This document shows positions 25,271-36,544 of a stretch of DNA of 64,000 nucleotides, piece by piece. The notes beneath the pieces are model-generated. The model was not told where the DNA came from and made no database searches. It was given only the letters and a program-made list of their open reading frames with translations. Numbering within the stretch: position 1 is the stretch's first letter; the number at the start of each line of letters is the position of its first letter. A program made the translations under genes and the position numbers. This stretch comes from the human T2T-CHM13v2.0 reference genome, Homo sapiens, in assembly GCF_009914755.1 (NCBI RefSeq), contig NC_060928.1, one strand, 5' to 3'.

Positions 25271-25969
25271 TCTTCATTTCTGCTGTAACAGATATATTCC
25301 TAAAATGTACTGCATTAGACAAATCATGCAGTAAGAAAGACAGGGTATATGGGAGAAATGGGGCTAGGGGCCCAACACTCAAAAACTGTCAGTGACATAT
25401 ATTTAAAAAGTAGGAGCCTGATCAGAGCTTGCAGTAAGCCAAGATCGCACCACTGCACTCCAGCCCGGGCGAAGGAGTGAGACTCCATCTAAACAAAACA
25501 AAAAAAGAAAAAAAAAAAAGTAGTGGGCTGATAAAAATGGCAGCACAGTTTTACCCATATTAAATGGTTAATTTAAAAAACAAAATCTATAGTAAATTTG
25601 GCACTTTACCTGGAGAAAAACTGAATTTCCTTGTATAACTGGGCATTGGAAGGGCTGCAACTTGTGCATTATTGTGAAGTGGCAGAAGAAAGGTTATTTG
25701 GAGTTGGATGGAAAGTTGTAACACCAGAGAAGGTAGGTTCAGCTTATCACACATGCATTGAATCAAGCTAGCTGGTAGATGTTTGAAGTGTATCTATGTG
25801 TGTGTATTTCTACACGTTTTTATTCAGGTGAATGCAGTTTTCTGTGTTCACCTAGTGGACAGTATTGTGCATAAGCAAATTAGTGTTATGATCAACTTCT
25901 TTCCTAACATATCAATCACATTGAAACAGAGTTGTATTTTAGAAACAAGCATTATAGTAGAACAGACTA
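25271..25969 (-). mobile_element. MER82-like TcMar-Tigger non-autonomous DNA transposon
   Basis: Degenerate terminal inverted repeats ('ttctgctgtaac' and 'attatagtagaacagact'), flanking TA dinucleotides, internal 'ggaaagttgtaacaccaga' and 'gctggtagatgtttga'. Confidence 0.8.
25423..25519 (+). mobile_element. Severely 5'-truncated Alu (AluY-type) inside MER82
   Basis: 'cagagcttgcagtaagccaagatcgcaccactgcactccagcc...gagactccatct' plus A-tail; imperfect TSD AAAAAGTAGGAGCCTGAT / AAAAAGTAGTGGGCTGAT. Confidence 0.9.
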
Positions 25970-26140
25970 TATTTCTAGAATACAGCCTATTTTTTCTCCA
26001 TTTACCTAAAGATATCTCATGGAAGCATATTAAAATAAAACCCATCCCACTTAATAATCTAAGAAAAAATTGATTCTTCCCCCCAAAATATGTGCAGAAG
26101 ACATAAAACTAATAAACTGGAGGCATATTCTGAGATCCAA

Positions 26141-26342
26141 TTTTTTCAGATTTGTTTTTGTTTTACTTTATTATTTTAAAAAAATTCCAATAGATTTAAG
26201 CGTACGAGTGTTTTTTGGTCACGGGGTAAATTGTATAGTGGGAATTCTGGGCTTTTGGTGTACTCATCACCCAAATAGTGTACATTGTACCCGACAGGTA
26301 ATTTGTCACCCCTCACCCCCCTGTCATCGTCCCCACTAGGGT
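26141..26342 (-). mobile_element. Short L1 3'-end insertion (L1PB/old L1PA)
   Basis: 'catcacccaaatagtgtacattgtacccgacaggtaatt'; TSD TGAGATCCAA at 26131-26140 and 26343-26352. Confidence 0.85.
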
Positions 26343-26745
26343 TGAGATCCAACTTCATATGGTTCTATGACATGCGGCTTGCTTTAGTAAAACCAGGGTT
26401 AGGAGCACTTGCTGTGTATCAGGCAGATCCAGCCAATCAATATTTATAATGCTGTTGCCATTGTGTATGTACGTTTAAAATGTGTCTTTTCATTAAATTC
26501 CTTTTTTCTCTGAGGACAAATAAGTTAATCACACAACAAAAGGAGTAGAAAAAAATCAATTGTTATTGATTTGTCATAGTCCAAATATTGCTGCTTGGCA
26601 TAGTCCAGGTCAATTCAGCATTTCCATCACAATTCTGATTTCTAATTTAATTAGAAAAAAAATACTCTTTAGGATGAACATTGCAAATATTAAATTTCAA
26701 TTTTTTTTGATCGTGACTTTATTTTTTCATTTAGTACCCTTTGTG

Positions 26746-26842
26746 TGTGTGTGGTGTATATATATATATACACCACACACATATATATTTCTTTGTGTAG
26801 ATATATATACACATATATATTTCTTTGTGTATATATATACAC
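26746..26842. repeat. Perfect 36-bp palindrome with a (TA)7 centre, followed by a ~30-bp tandem repeat
   Basis: TGTGTGTGGTG-(TA)7-CACCACACACA at 26746-26781, then 'acacatatatatt(t)tctttgtgta' twice. Confidence 0.9.
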
Positions 26843-28349
26843 ATTTTATTTTATATATATATTTCTTAAAATGATTTTTAAAAGTATAGATTTTACTTTC
26901 TTCCTTCTGCTCTAGAAACTGGCAAGCCTGAATAACATGTTTAGGTGGAAAAAAAGCAATTAGAGGCTAAATGTAAAGCTGCACTGGACTCAAAAGGGAT
27001 TAGGTCCTAGTTCTTCACTCACTAACTCTGTGATTTGAGGTGGTTATCTAATATTTCTAGACTCTAGTCAACCTCATGGACCCTGGGCTCTCCACCAACA
27101 CCTATAAAATGGCCTATCACTCATTCTCATCCTCCTTCCTCTCACACAATACTTTTTAATCTTTAAAAAGCTACATGTAGTCTGTGCAGAGAGAGGCAAA
27201 ATCATTACTAGAACTAGAAAGTTTACAGTAAATTTAAAAAAGAGTTAAGATAGGAAAAAAGAGATTAAATTTCTGGCTGACTTATATTTTCTCCTAAATC
27301 TAAATAAGGAAAAGTACCAAAAGACTCTTGACCTTTCAAGGGAGAGTGTGTCCTGTGACCACTTTCCTTATTCCTGTCCTCACACCCTGCCTTACGTTCA
27401 TGTTCTTTCTCCACCAATTCCTCCTTCTTAAAATTCTTTGCTCTTATCTTCAGCTTCTTTTCACTGCAAAGTTCCACTTTTCCCCACAACAGTGGTTCTA
27501 AGTCACTCACTCCATCATAATGCACTATGAGTCTAGCAGAATCAGGAACAACACAAAACTTTAGCCCCACGGTCTCTACACTTTGCAGAAAACTAAGGTG
27601 AAGTGAGGATAGTCAGCAGATGGTTGTGGGAAGGGGATTTGTTCTGTCCCATGAGCAAATAGTGGCACGGGTTCTCAAATCTAAATGTCTTTTAGTGCTA
27701 CTCTCAATGTGTGCTCTCCTAAGGAGGGATATCATTTATTTTTTTCCCTGGGGGAAGCATGGAAAAACCCATATGATAAGGAAATTTAGCAATATCTTTC
27801 CCACTGTTGTGCAGAAAAAAAAATGGTTTTCTTTTTTTGGATTTTTCTTTTTTTTCCCCTTTTTGGCAGGGGGAAAGTGACAATGGGAGGAGGAAGGGTG
27901 CTGCAGGAACTGGAGACTTCAACAGCTGCTGTCTTTGTGGCTCTGGGAAGGGTTTCAGTTTTAATTACATTGTTAGAATTCAGAGTCTTTTTCTCATAGA
28001 AAGCAAGTAGTTTGAATATGGTAGTTCTAGCTACTTAAATGTAAGTTTGGTATAGTTATTAATTAAGACTACAACTATACAGCATTTTGTGGTCTGTAAG
28101 TCCTGTTTTATAATACATTCAAGATTTTTGAGTGGTTAGAGAGAACTTTATGTTGTTCAGATTATACTTTTTCATCAATTTAGTGGCTATTACTGCATTT
28201 TAGGATAGAACATATTTAAATGTCAAATAAAGCTGTATATGGTTAAAAGTCTATGCAATATAAATGTCTTAAGTAAAAATTAACAACTGTGTAATTTTTT
28301 TCTGTAATTATAGCCTTTGATTATTGGCTTCCAATTGGAAAATGTAAAT

Positions 28350-28790
28350 TCTAATGACAAGAAGCATTATCAAAGGTACAGAGGAATATTTTATAATAAT
28401 AAACTGTTCCACTCATCAAGTATCTATAACATATCCAATTTGTATGAACCTAATAACTTGGCCTCAAACTATAAGTCAAAATGTGACTGAACTAAGGGAA
28501 AAAAATGTGCACCCAAATTCATGTTGGAGATTTTGACACATTTGTCCCAGTTCCTGATGCAGTAAGCAAGGAAAAAAATGGAAAAGGGTTTTTACAAATA
28601 GGAAAAATTAGCCAGGATTATGGTTAAATTTGGTGGTACAAAGGGGACTTTTGGTATTCTAGTAATGTTGTATGTGTAGACATCAGTGGTGATTACCAGA
28701 GTCATCACCAATTTGTGATAATTCATTGAGTTGTACCACTAAATTTGATGCTTCTTAATAGATGTTTTCATTTGATTAAAAATTAATCTT
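28350..28790 (+). mobile_element. Old L1M fragments: ORF2 endonuclease piece (28350-28580) next to a 3' UTR piece (28630-28790)
   Basis: Frames give 'RSIIKGTEEYFIIINCSTHQ', 'NLYEPNNLAS' and 'VGDFDT', compared with L1 EN motifs GHYIMVKGSIQQ, NIYAPN and GDFNT. Confidence 0.7.
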
Positions 28791-29296
28791 CCAAAAAAGA
28801 GAAGCTTCACCTTCCAAATCTCCCTTCTCCTACCTACATTTTCTTATATAGATACATGTATTTTGGGTTTTTTTTTTGTAGACTGTATAGGAAGAAACTA
28901 ACATTCATTGACTGCATGCTGTACACCTGGAGGCATGAATTGGGCCTTGTTTTCCTCTAGTCAAAAGTATTTGGACTCCAAATACAAATTTTGAAAGAGA
29001 AAGGAATCCGTACCTGCAATCATCTCCTCACATCTCAGCTGTGAAAAATAATTTGGAGAAAAAGGGAAAGTAAGTGAGTAAATAGCATATTTGTTCATAA
29101 AAACAAATAGAAAGTTGAGTAGCAAAATCACAACTTCAAAAGTTTTAGTAAAAATAAGAAATATAATCTTCATTAGCCCATAAAATAGTCAAATTAAATG
29201 TGAATTAAGATTTCTACTATTTGCAATAACAATTATAACAATATGATTATATTATATTAGCTATTATATTAAGAATATAATATTAACAATATAATA

Positions 29297-29423
29297 ATGC
29301 AGCCACATATGATTAATACAGTGCATGACATAGTAAATATTCAAATATATTAGCTATTATATTGTTAATATATTTGAACATTTACTATGCATCATGCACC
29401 TTGTTAATCATATGTGGGTGCAT
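29297..29423. repeat. Inverted duplication forming a ~60-bp-stem hairpin
   Basis: 29297-29354 is approximately the reverse complement of 29364-29423; 9-nt loop TATTATATT. Confidence 0.9.
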
Positions 29424-30080
29424 AATAATATTACCACAGACTTAGAAGCTTAAAAAAGCAAACATGTATTATCTCAGTTTCTGGGGTTCAGAGTCTAGGC
29501 ATAGCTTAACTGGATTTTTTGCTTCACGGTCTCCCAAAGCCACAATCAAGGTGTCAGCTGGGGCTGTGGTCTCATCTGAGGATCAACTGGGGAAGAATTT
29601 GCTTCCAAGCTCATGTGGTAGTTGGCATTGTTCAGTTCCTCATAGGCTGCCAAAATGAGGGCCTTAGTTTTTTGCTGGCTGCTGGCTAGACGCCATCCTC
29701 AGTTGCCATGTGGGCTTCCCCAACATAGCTGCTTGCTTCCTCAAGGGCAGCAAAAGGGAGAGTCTCCTCCCAAGGTGGATTTTGTGATCTCATGTAAAGT
29801 AATCATTTATATGTAATCACATGTACTTCATTGCCTCGACTAGTCAGAGGCAAGACATAGGCCCTACCTACACTAAAAGGAAATACATGATACAAAGCCA
29901 TGAATACCTTGTTAGGGATTATGAGGGCTACATTAGAGTCTGTCCTTCACATGCACAATACAAATTTACACCGTTTATCTCATATATTCCTCACAATAGT
30001 TCTAGGAGGTAAGTACCAAAAATGCTTCTATTTTACAGATGAGAAACTCTGGTCATAGAAAGGTTAAATGACTTGTTCAT
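29364..30080 (-). mobile_element. MIR split by an MLT1 LTR
   Basis: 'atatatttgaacatttactatgc' before the LTR; 'cctcacaatagttctaggaggtaagtacc...ttttacagatgagaaactctggtcatagaaaggttaaatgacttg' after it. Confidence 0.75.
29400..29951 (-). mobile_element. MLT1F-like solo LTR with TSD TGCAC
   Basis: 'ttaccacagacttagaagcttaaa...caatcaaggtgtcagctggggctgtggtctcatctgag'; TGCAC at 29395-29399 and 29952-29956. Confidence 0.85.
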
Positions 30081-30889
30081 TAATATATACTGGATTGTGT
30101 TTCAAGGTGGGACATCTAGAAATTGAGGTTATTTGCCTTTATTGGGTTATGGCTTATTATTTTACAATTAATAAAAATGTTATAATGAAGTAGATTGCAA
30201 AAAAGTAAAAATCTTTTCCAGTATTATGGAAGAATATACTTCAGTGGATTATTAAAACACTTATTCCATATTATTCTTATCTATTTGAATAGGTAGTAAA
30301 TCCCCTATGGAGATTCAACAAATATTGAACCTGAAATTACATTTTGTTAGGCTATTCCACTATGTTGATGAAAAGTACAGATTTCTAGTATTTTATTCAT
30401 ATGTTCATATTGGATGCAAGATTGCATATTTTAGTGATAGTGTTCCACATATTAAAGATATATTTAAGCCCAGAGATTGGACTTAATTAAAATTCTCATT
30501 AGTCTGTTTCAGCATGATTTAGAAATATTTTTTATCACATATCTAAAAGGAAAATAAGAGGAAGAGAAGGAGAGAAATGACGTGACCCTGAACATTCTGT
30601 TAGTAATTAGCTGCAGGTGAGCTTTAAAGTGATATGGTGCCACATGCTGGTCACAGGGTTCACGAGTGACTTTTTAATCATGTTCAGCACAAGAAGCGGC
30701 AGCATGATGAGGCTGCTGAGGCCACTCAGATGAGCACTTTCAGAGATCTCAGTGACTTGTGGATCAGGCAGCTGCACCATGCCCCACTGTTTTGAAGCAC
30801 TGTGGAACCCGACTCCCTCCTGTCTGAGGTAAACAGAAGCAAGGCTCTTCTCTATGACAGAGATCAATCACCAGAGCAGATATTTTCCA

Positions 30890-31150
30890 TACATTTCCCA
30901 AAGCATAGCCTGTAGAGCACAACTTTCACAACATTTTAATAGATGTTCCATAAAATAAAGGGTTTTATGGTCAAATGTGTTTGGGGAATATGAGAATGAC
31001 TGTAATTCATAAGTTTTTACATGGGGTTTCCCTGGAGATTTATACCATCCTGTACTGTAATAAAAGGGATGTACTATAAAAAAAATTCCTACAGTTCTTC
31101 AATCATTGAATGTGGCCAGAGGTTTCCTCTAAACACAGTTGGGAGAAATG
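30890..31150. mobile_element. hAT-Charlie MITE (MER103/MER112-like)
   Basis: 'catttcccaaag...ttaatagatgttccataaaataaagggttttatggtcaaatgtgtttgggga' and terminal 'aacacagttgggagaaatg'. Confidence 0.5.
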
Positions 31151-31324
31151 ATCCTGGAATTAGAACCCTTTTATTGTAATAAGTAATAAATATTTTATAT
31201 AATGTTTTAACATTCATTTGAACATTTACTAGAAGTGTTTCTAGAGAAGAGATTTCAGAAAGTCACAGTGTTGACTCAGCACTGACAATTGCACAGCATT
31301 CCATTAGCGACAATGAACATGATA

Positions 31325-31520
31325 GGAATAATGATGATTATTATTAACATTAATCAAGAGTTTATTATGGATACTGTCATAGGAATTTACAAAGGTTATC
31401 CCATGTGATCGTTTTATAGATAGGAAACTGAGGTTAAGAAACTTGTCAATATCACATAACCGGTAAACCACAGAACCATGATTCAAATCCACACTGCTTG
31501 AGTCCAGGCAGAGAAGCTCC
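31325..31520 (-). mobile_element. MIR
   Basis: 'ttttatagataggaaactgaggttaagaaacttgtcaatatcaca...gattcaaatcca'. Confidence 0.75.
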
Positions 31521-31690
31521 AAAGCTACCAGCCATAAGTGGCTAATGGAACATCTTAAACCCTTTATTTTATGGAATATCTATTAAAAGATGTGCCTGGT
31601 TTAAAGTGAGATATACTGTGGGATTTTGAAGACCTAGTATTAAAAAAAACCCTAAATATCCCATAAATAATTTTTATATCAGTTACATGC
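31520..31690. mobile_element. MER33-like hAT fragment
   Basis: 'gctaccagccataagtggcta' and 'ggattttgaagacctagta...aataatttttatatcagttacatg'. Confidence 0.5.
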
Positions 31691-32535
31691 TTTTGAAGCA
31701 CTTTTTGTGCTATTAGTAACTTTGTTATCCATTATGAGTTCTATGAATCATAAAATAAATGGCATAAAGTGAAGCCTTAGAGGAGTAGATAACACGTTTC
31801 AAAACACTCAACCTTACCACAGCACAGCACACTTTTGTGGATAGTTTTTAGTAGTTCGCCCAAATAACCAATAGCAGAGAGTGGTGACCACTGTCTCTAA
31901 TGCTAGCTTTCATTGCATGAGATTATCCAGTGGCACTCAGAGCATGAGGAAAATATATATTGACAGGGCACAGTAGAAGACTTTCTGTTTAAATATTTAT
32001 AGTAAAATATTTCATAAATAGGTAGCACTACAAAACGTCAGCTCTATGCCAGGCAGTGAATAATACATTATGTATCATGGAAACTAAATCTTGGATTGGT
32101 TAAATAATTTGCTTAAGTATAAACAGCAAGTAAAAAACAGAGCAAGGATTTAAACCTAGGCAATTACACCCAGTAAAATCTTCATCCAGTGCTTCTGATC
32201 CCTGGTACTCATTAGAATCGCCTGGATAACTTTGAAAATATATAAATATTTTGGCCGTATATGAGACTAATTAAATCACAATCCCAGGAATTGGGTCTCA
32301 GGCTTATTTCTTTCTTTCTTTATTTGTTGTTTTTCACCATTGTCTATATCTCCATGATCAAAAATTACCCCAATCACAACATGATTTATCTGAGGTCCAC
32401 TGGATTCTAAACATCTCAGTTACCCCTCACCACCAGCCCCAGTGAAAGCCTTCTTTCTGTCAGGATAAGATGTGTAAACCATGATCCCAGCTGGCCTTCT
32501 TGAATCTACTCCCTACCTTTTAAACTCCACCCACA

Positions 32536-32993
32536 TTATTTTAAATTTATTTTATCTTTTCATTTTTTTTTCTTTGCTTTTTAAACTTCATTAGGTTTTT
32601 GGAGAACAGGTGGTGTTTGGTTACATGAGTAAGTTCTTTAGTGGTGATTTCTGAGATTTTGGTGCATCCTCCCCTGAGCAGTGTACACTGTACCCAAGGT
32701 GTAGTCTTTTATCCCCTCCCATCCTTTCTCCCAAGTTTCCAAAGTCCATTGTATCATTCTTATGCCTCTGAGTCCTCACATCTTAGCTCCCACTAATGAG
32801 TGAGAACATATGATATTTGGTTTTCTATTCCTGAGTTACTTCACTTAGAATAATGGTCTTCAACTCCATCCAAGTTGCTGCGAATACCATTTTTTTCCTT
32901 TTTATGGCTGAGTAGCACTCCATGGTATGTGTGTGTATATATATGTATATATATGTGTGTGTGTGTATATATGTGTGTATATATATGTATATA

Positions 32994-33026
<33 letters not shown>

Positions 33027-33424
33027 TTATGTGTGTGTGTATATATATGTATATATCACATTTTCTTTATCCACTTGTTGATTGATGGGCGTTTGGACTG
33101 ATTCCATATTTTTGCAATTGTGAATTGTGCTGCTATAAACATGCATGTGCAAATGTCTTTTTTGTATGATGACTTTTTTTCCTCCGGGTAGATACCTAGT
33201 AGTGGGATTGCTGGATCAAATGGTAGATCTACTTTTAGTTCTTTAAGGAAGCACCACACTATTTTCCGTAGTGGTTGTACTAGTTTACATTCCCACTAGC
33301 AGTATAAAAGTGTTCCCTTTTTACCACATCCATGACAACATCTATTATTTTTTGATTTTTTGATTATGGTCATCATTGCAGGAGTACGGTGGTATTACAC
33401 TGTGGTTTTGATTTGCATTTCCTG
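32536..33424 (-). mobile_element. 5'-truncated L1PB (L1PB1-like)
   Basis: T-rich tail, 'ggtttttggagaacaggtggtgtttggttacatgagtaagttctttagtggtgatttctgaga'; the minus-strand ORF gives the ORF2 C-terminus '[22 protein letters not shown]'. Confidence 0.95.
32926..33056. repeat. Compound (TG)n/(TA)n microsatellite inside the L1
   Basis: Seen directly. Confidence 0.95.
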
Positions 33425-35794
33425 CAGGCATTTTTAAAGCACTCCAGAGGATACTAATGTGCAATGAAGATGGAAAAGCATGGCTTTATGCCATATATTG
33501 TCTCACTTATACCACAAAATTTTGGTACACCTCCAAATTCTCTTAGCTATGCTCCCTTTTCTCTGTTTTTTTTTTTAATTTCATGGTTAAGAAGGCATAA
33601 AGATTACGTATTGAGGAACCATATTCATTCAGATAAAGCCACAGACACGAATTCTCATGGAAGCCTATCAAACATAAACAGGTAACTAAATGTGTTTTTC
33701 TCTCTTTTAAGCAGTATCTTTTAGTTTTGATTAATTTGGTTTTACTTCCTTTGTGTTGCTTAAAAGAAAGATTTTATTTCTCCTGCAGTCTAAATTCATG
33801 CATGAAAATATTTCTACCTCCAGTGCTTATGTACTTTAATACATGTTTTAATGCTTTAATAAACAGCATTTAAACTGTTTAGGTCATTTTGGGATTAAGT
33901 TCAACTTAATCATTTGTTCAAATGTTAGTATGAGCTGCAGTTTTTTGACATCTGTAGGTGATTCATTTACTCCATTTCTGAGCACTAGATAACTGGATTT
34001 TTCTGGCTTTCTGATCAGAGTTTTTGCATTGATCTTTTTCAGAAAGACTCTGGGATTATAACATGGAAATAGTGAATTTCTGACTGCAATTGGTGTTGAA
34101 AAAGCTAAGAACCAAGTTTCCCTTAAATAATTAGCTCCATATTCAAAAGAATTAAAGTGTATATACCAGGTACTGTTATAGGTATCTAAATGTTGTCTCA
34201 TTTATTTCTCATAAATATTCTATTCACATTTGCCAAATGCTATGATTTCCATTGCAACAAAATGGGTGAGAAGAAGGTCTCCTAGGCATTAAGTGATAGA
34301 GCTCAGATATTTGGACAAGGAAATTTGGCATATCATTGGCTAAGCTTTATATATATATATATATATATTTTTTAAATCTCTACTTTAAAATCTGTTTTAA
34401 GTATTTGGATCAGGATATATTTCACTCAGTAAACAGCCTAAGAAGAGAACTTTTACTATATAAGGCATAAAGGAAGACTGTAGATTTAAAAATTACATTT
34501 TGGGAACTAAAATTATACATCCCCATTCTGGGAAGATAGTTCTTTTCCATCCCTAATAACTCTGAGACACAGCCATGATAGAAAAGAATTTTGGGAACAA
34601 GTGTAAAAAGTCTGAAAGTAGGTTTGAGGAAGTGCAAATTTGGAGAGTTCAGGAAAGAAAGGATGTGAATGTAAATTTTCTGATATTCAGGCATTGCCAT
34701 GAATCAAATAATTACTTCTGATAACATGAAAATTATTACACAATACTAAATTTGACCATACTCATTTTTATTCATTATGACTCTTTTACTACAAGGATGT
34801 AAAATCGCATTTAATAAAACTGAGTTATTCTGAAACTATTCTCTAATGGAGAGAAAATTTTAAAATCTTTAAAAATGGATTTGGATCTTAATCTTCTATA
34901 TGAAAGGGAAAAGATAATTCATTTGTGAAGCCTTAGGACCCACCTTGCTCTTCTATCATAATTTTCCATAGTTAGTTTGAGAGAGTCTTGCACAAAATAT
35001 GACTGAAATGTGAAGCAGCAATTTTAGTGTATCATTAAGGCAAATTTCGCCAACCGAGTACCATTTGCGAAAAAACAAGATTCGGTTTTGCCATTATGAT
35101 TTCAGGGAGTATGAAGAAAGAAAAAGAAATGATGCAAGTTCAGTATAATCTGCTGAAGTATTTGTAAATACACAGGGGAGATACAGTCAGTGAAAACTGC
35201 ATGTATTTAAAGTTTTTAAAAGTGGAATAGAAAATAAGGTCGACTTACCTGAACATCAGTTAAACCCCAATGAAGAAAGAAAGTTCTATCTGTACTATCT
35301 GTATTAAAACCAACCTCACTTCTGCTGTCTGGTCATGCTTTTCAATATCCAAATCTTAGCCTAGTCTTTAGTCCTGTTTTTCTTGGTGTTGCTAAGAAAA
35401 TGGAAAGATCATTTTATTTTATGTGTAATTAGCAGATTTTAATGTTGGTAAAAGTAGTTAGTTGCAATATGCATATAATAGCGATTTGTCAGTTTTTATG
35501 TATAATTTTTGTTAAAAGCCTATTCTCAAGTGTAGTGTCAAACAAAAATGACAAGATACTAATCTACTAGCTCATCTTTGCTCACATGTCTGAGAAAGTG
35601 ATGTGTACTAATTTTCTGTTTGTTCCAAGTGATAGTGGTTAAACTGATCAGTTCAAGCAAAATATAACAATAAAGAAAAAAGAAAAGAAATAAATAAAGA
35701 AAGAAGGAAAGAAAGAAAAGAAAAAAGAGAGGGAGGGAGAGAGAGAAAATTTAATGGGTCACACACACCTGGGAAGGGCCAAAGATCATGCCAT

Positions 35795-36197
35795 TGAAAT
35801 GGGCCCAATCATCTCATAGAGCTGATATTTATGGGATTTTTTGAATAAACATACAAGTTAACCTTCCTAAGTTTAAAACTTGAAATGTACATCTGTCTCA
35901 TCTGAGTTCCTACCTCAGGAAAACAAACTTCAGCCAAGGAAATAAAACTTGTCCGATCACCACATCCAGACAATGAGATGTCAGACATCTTATCCATCAT
36001 GTTTGCTTCCTTACCCCTCTCTAATTCCTGTTTTCCCTGCTATAAAAACCCCCCAATTTTAGTTGGTTGGTGAGATGGGATTTGAGACTGTATATCCCTT
36101 CTCTTGGCTGTAGCACCCTATTAAAGCCTTGTCTCAGCGACTGGAAGTCTTTGCAGTGAGCAGCAGGACCTAGTGAAGCTCTGGCATTTCACGAACA
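35795..36197 (+). mobile_element. MER66-like ERV1 solo LTR (nested in a degraded MLT1)
   Basis: TGAAA...AACA ends; 'atctgagttcctacctcaggaaa', 'gatcaccacatccagacaatgagatgtcagac'; TATA box and ATTAAA; imperfect TSD CCAT/CCAG. Confidence 0.75.
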
Positions 36198-36544
36198 CCA
36201 GCAGCCCTGCCTCTTTCCCTCCATCTCTCAGTCTTGCGTTGAACTCTGTTGGCTTTCTTCTCGGGCGGGGTCTTTCCATGTGGTAGATGGCCACTGGCAG
36301 ATCAAGGAATATAATGCTCCCATAATGATCATACAGCCTTGTTTGCTCAGGATAGTATGGGTTTGTGCCCAATGTGTTAAACTATTAAAAGGTTCCCTTT
36401 CTTCTGTTTACATGATAAATTAGGTGGTTACCCTACCTGATAGCCGGTGCAGCCACCATATTAGGATACATAAACACAACTTCAGCTTTGTGTCCCCACA
36501 GATCTTTAACATTTACTCAGTGAGGGTAGTCTCTTCTGCCCTTG

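Larger units (their letters stand above)
32187..33482 (+). mobile_element. MER5B-like hAT element split by a ~1.1-kb insertion (halves 32187-32309 and 33425-33482)
   Basis: Left half 'cagtgcttct...cattagaatcgcctgga...aattaaatcacaatccc...gggtctcaggc'; right half 'caggcatttttaaagcactccagaggatactaatgtgca'. Confidence 0.75.
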
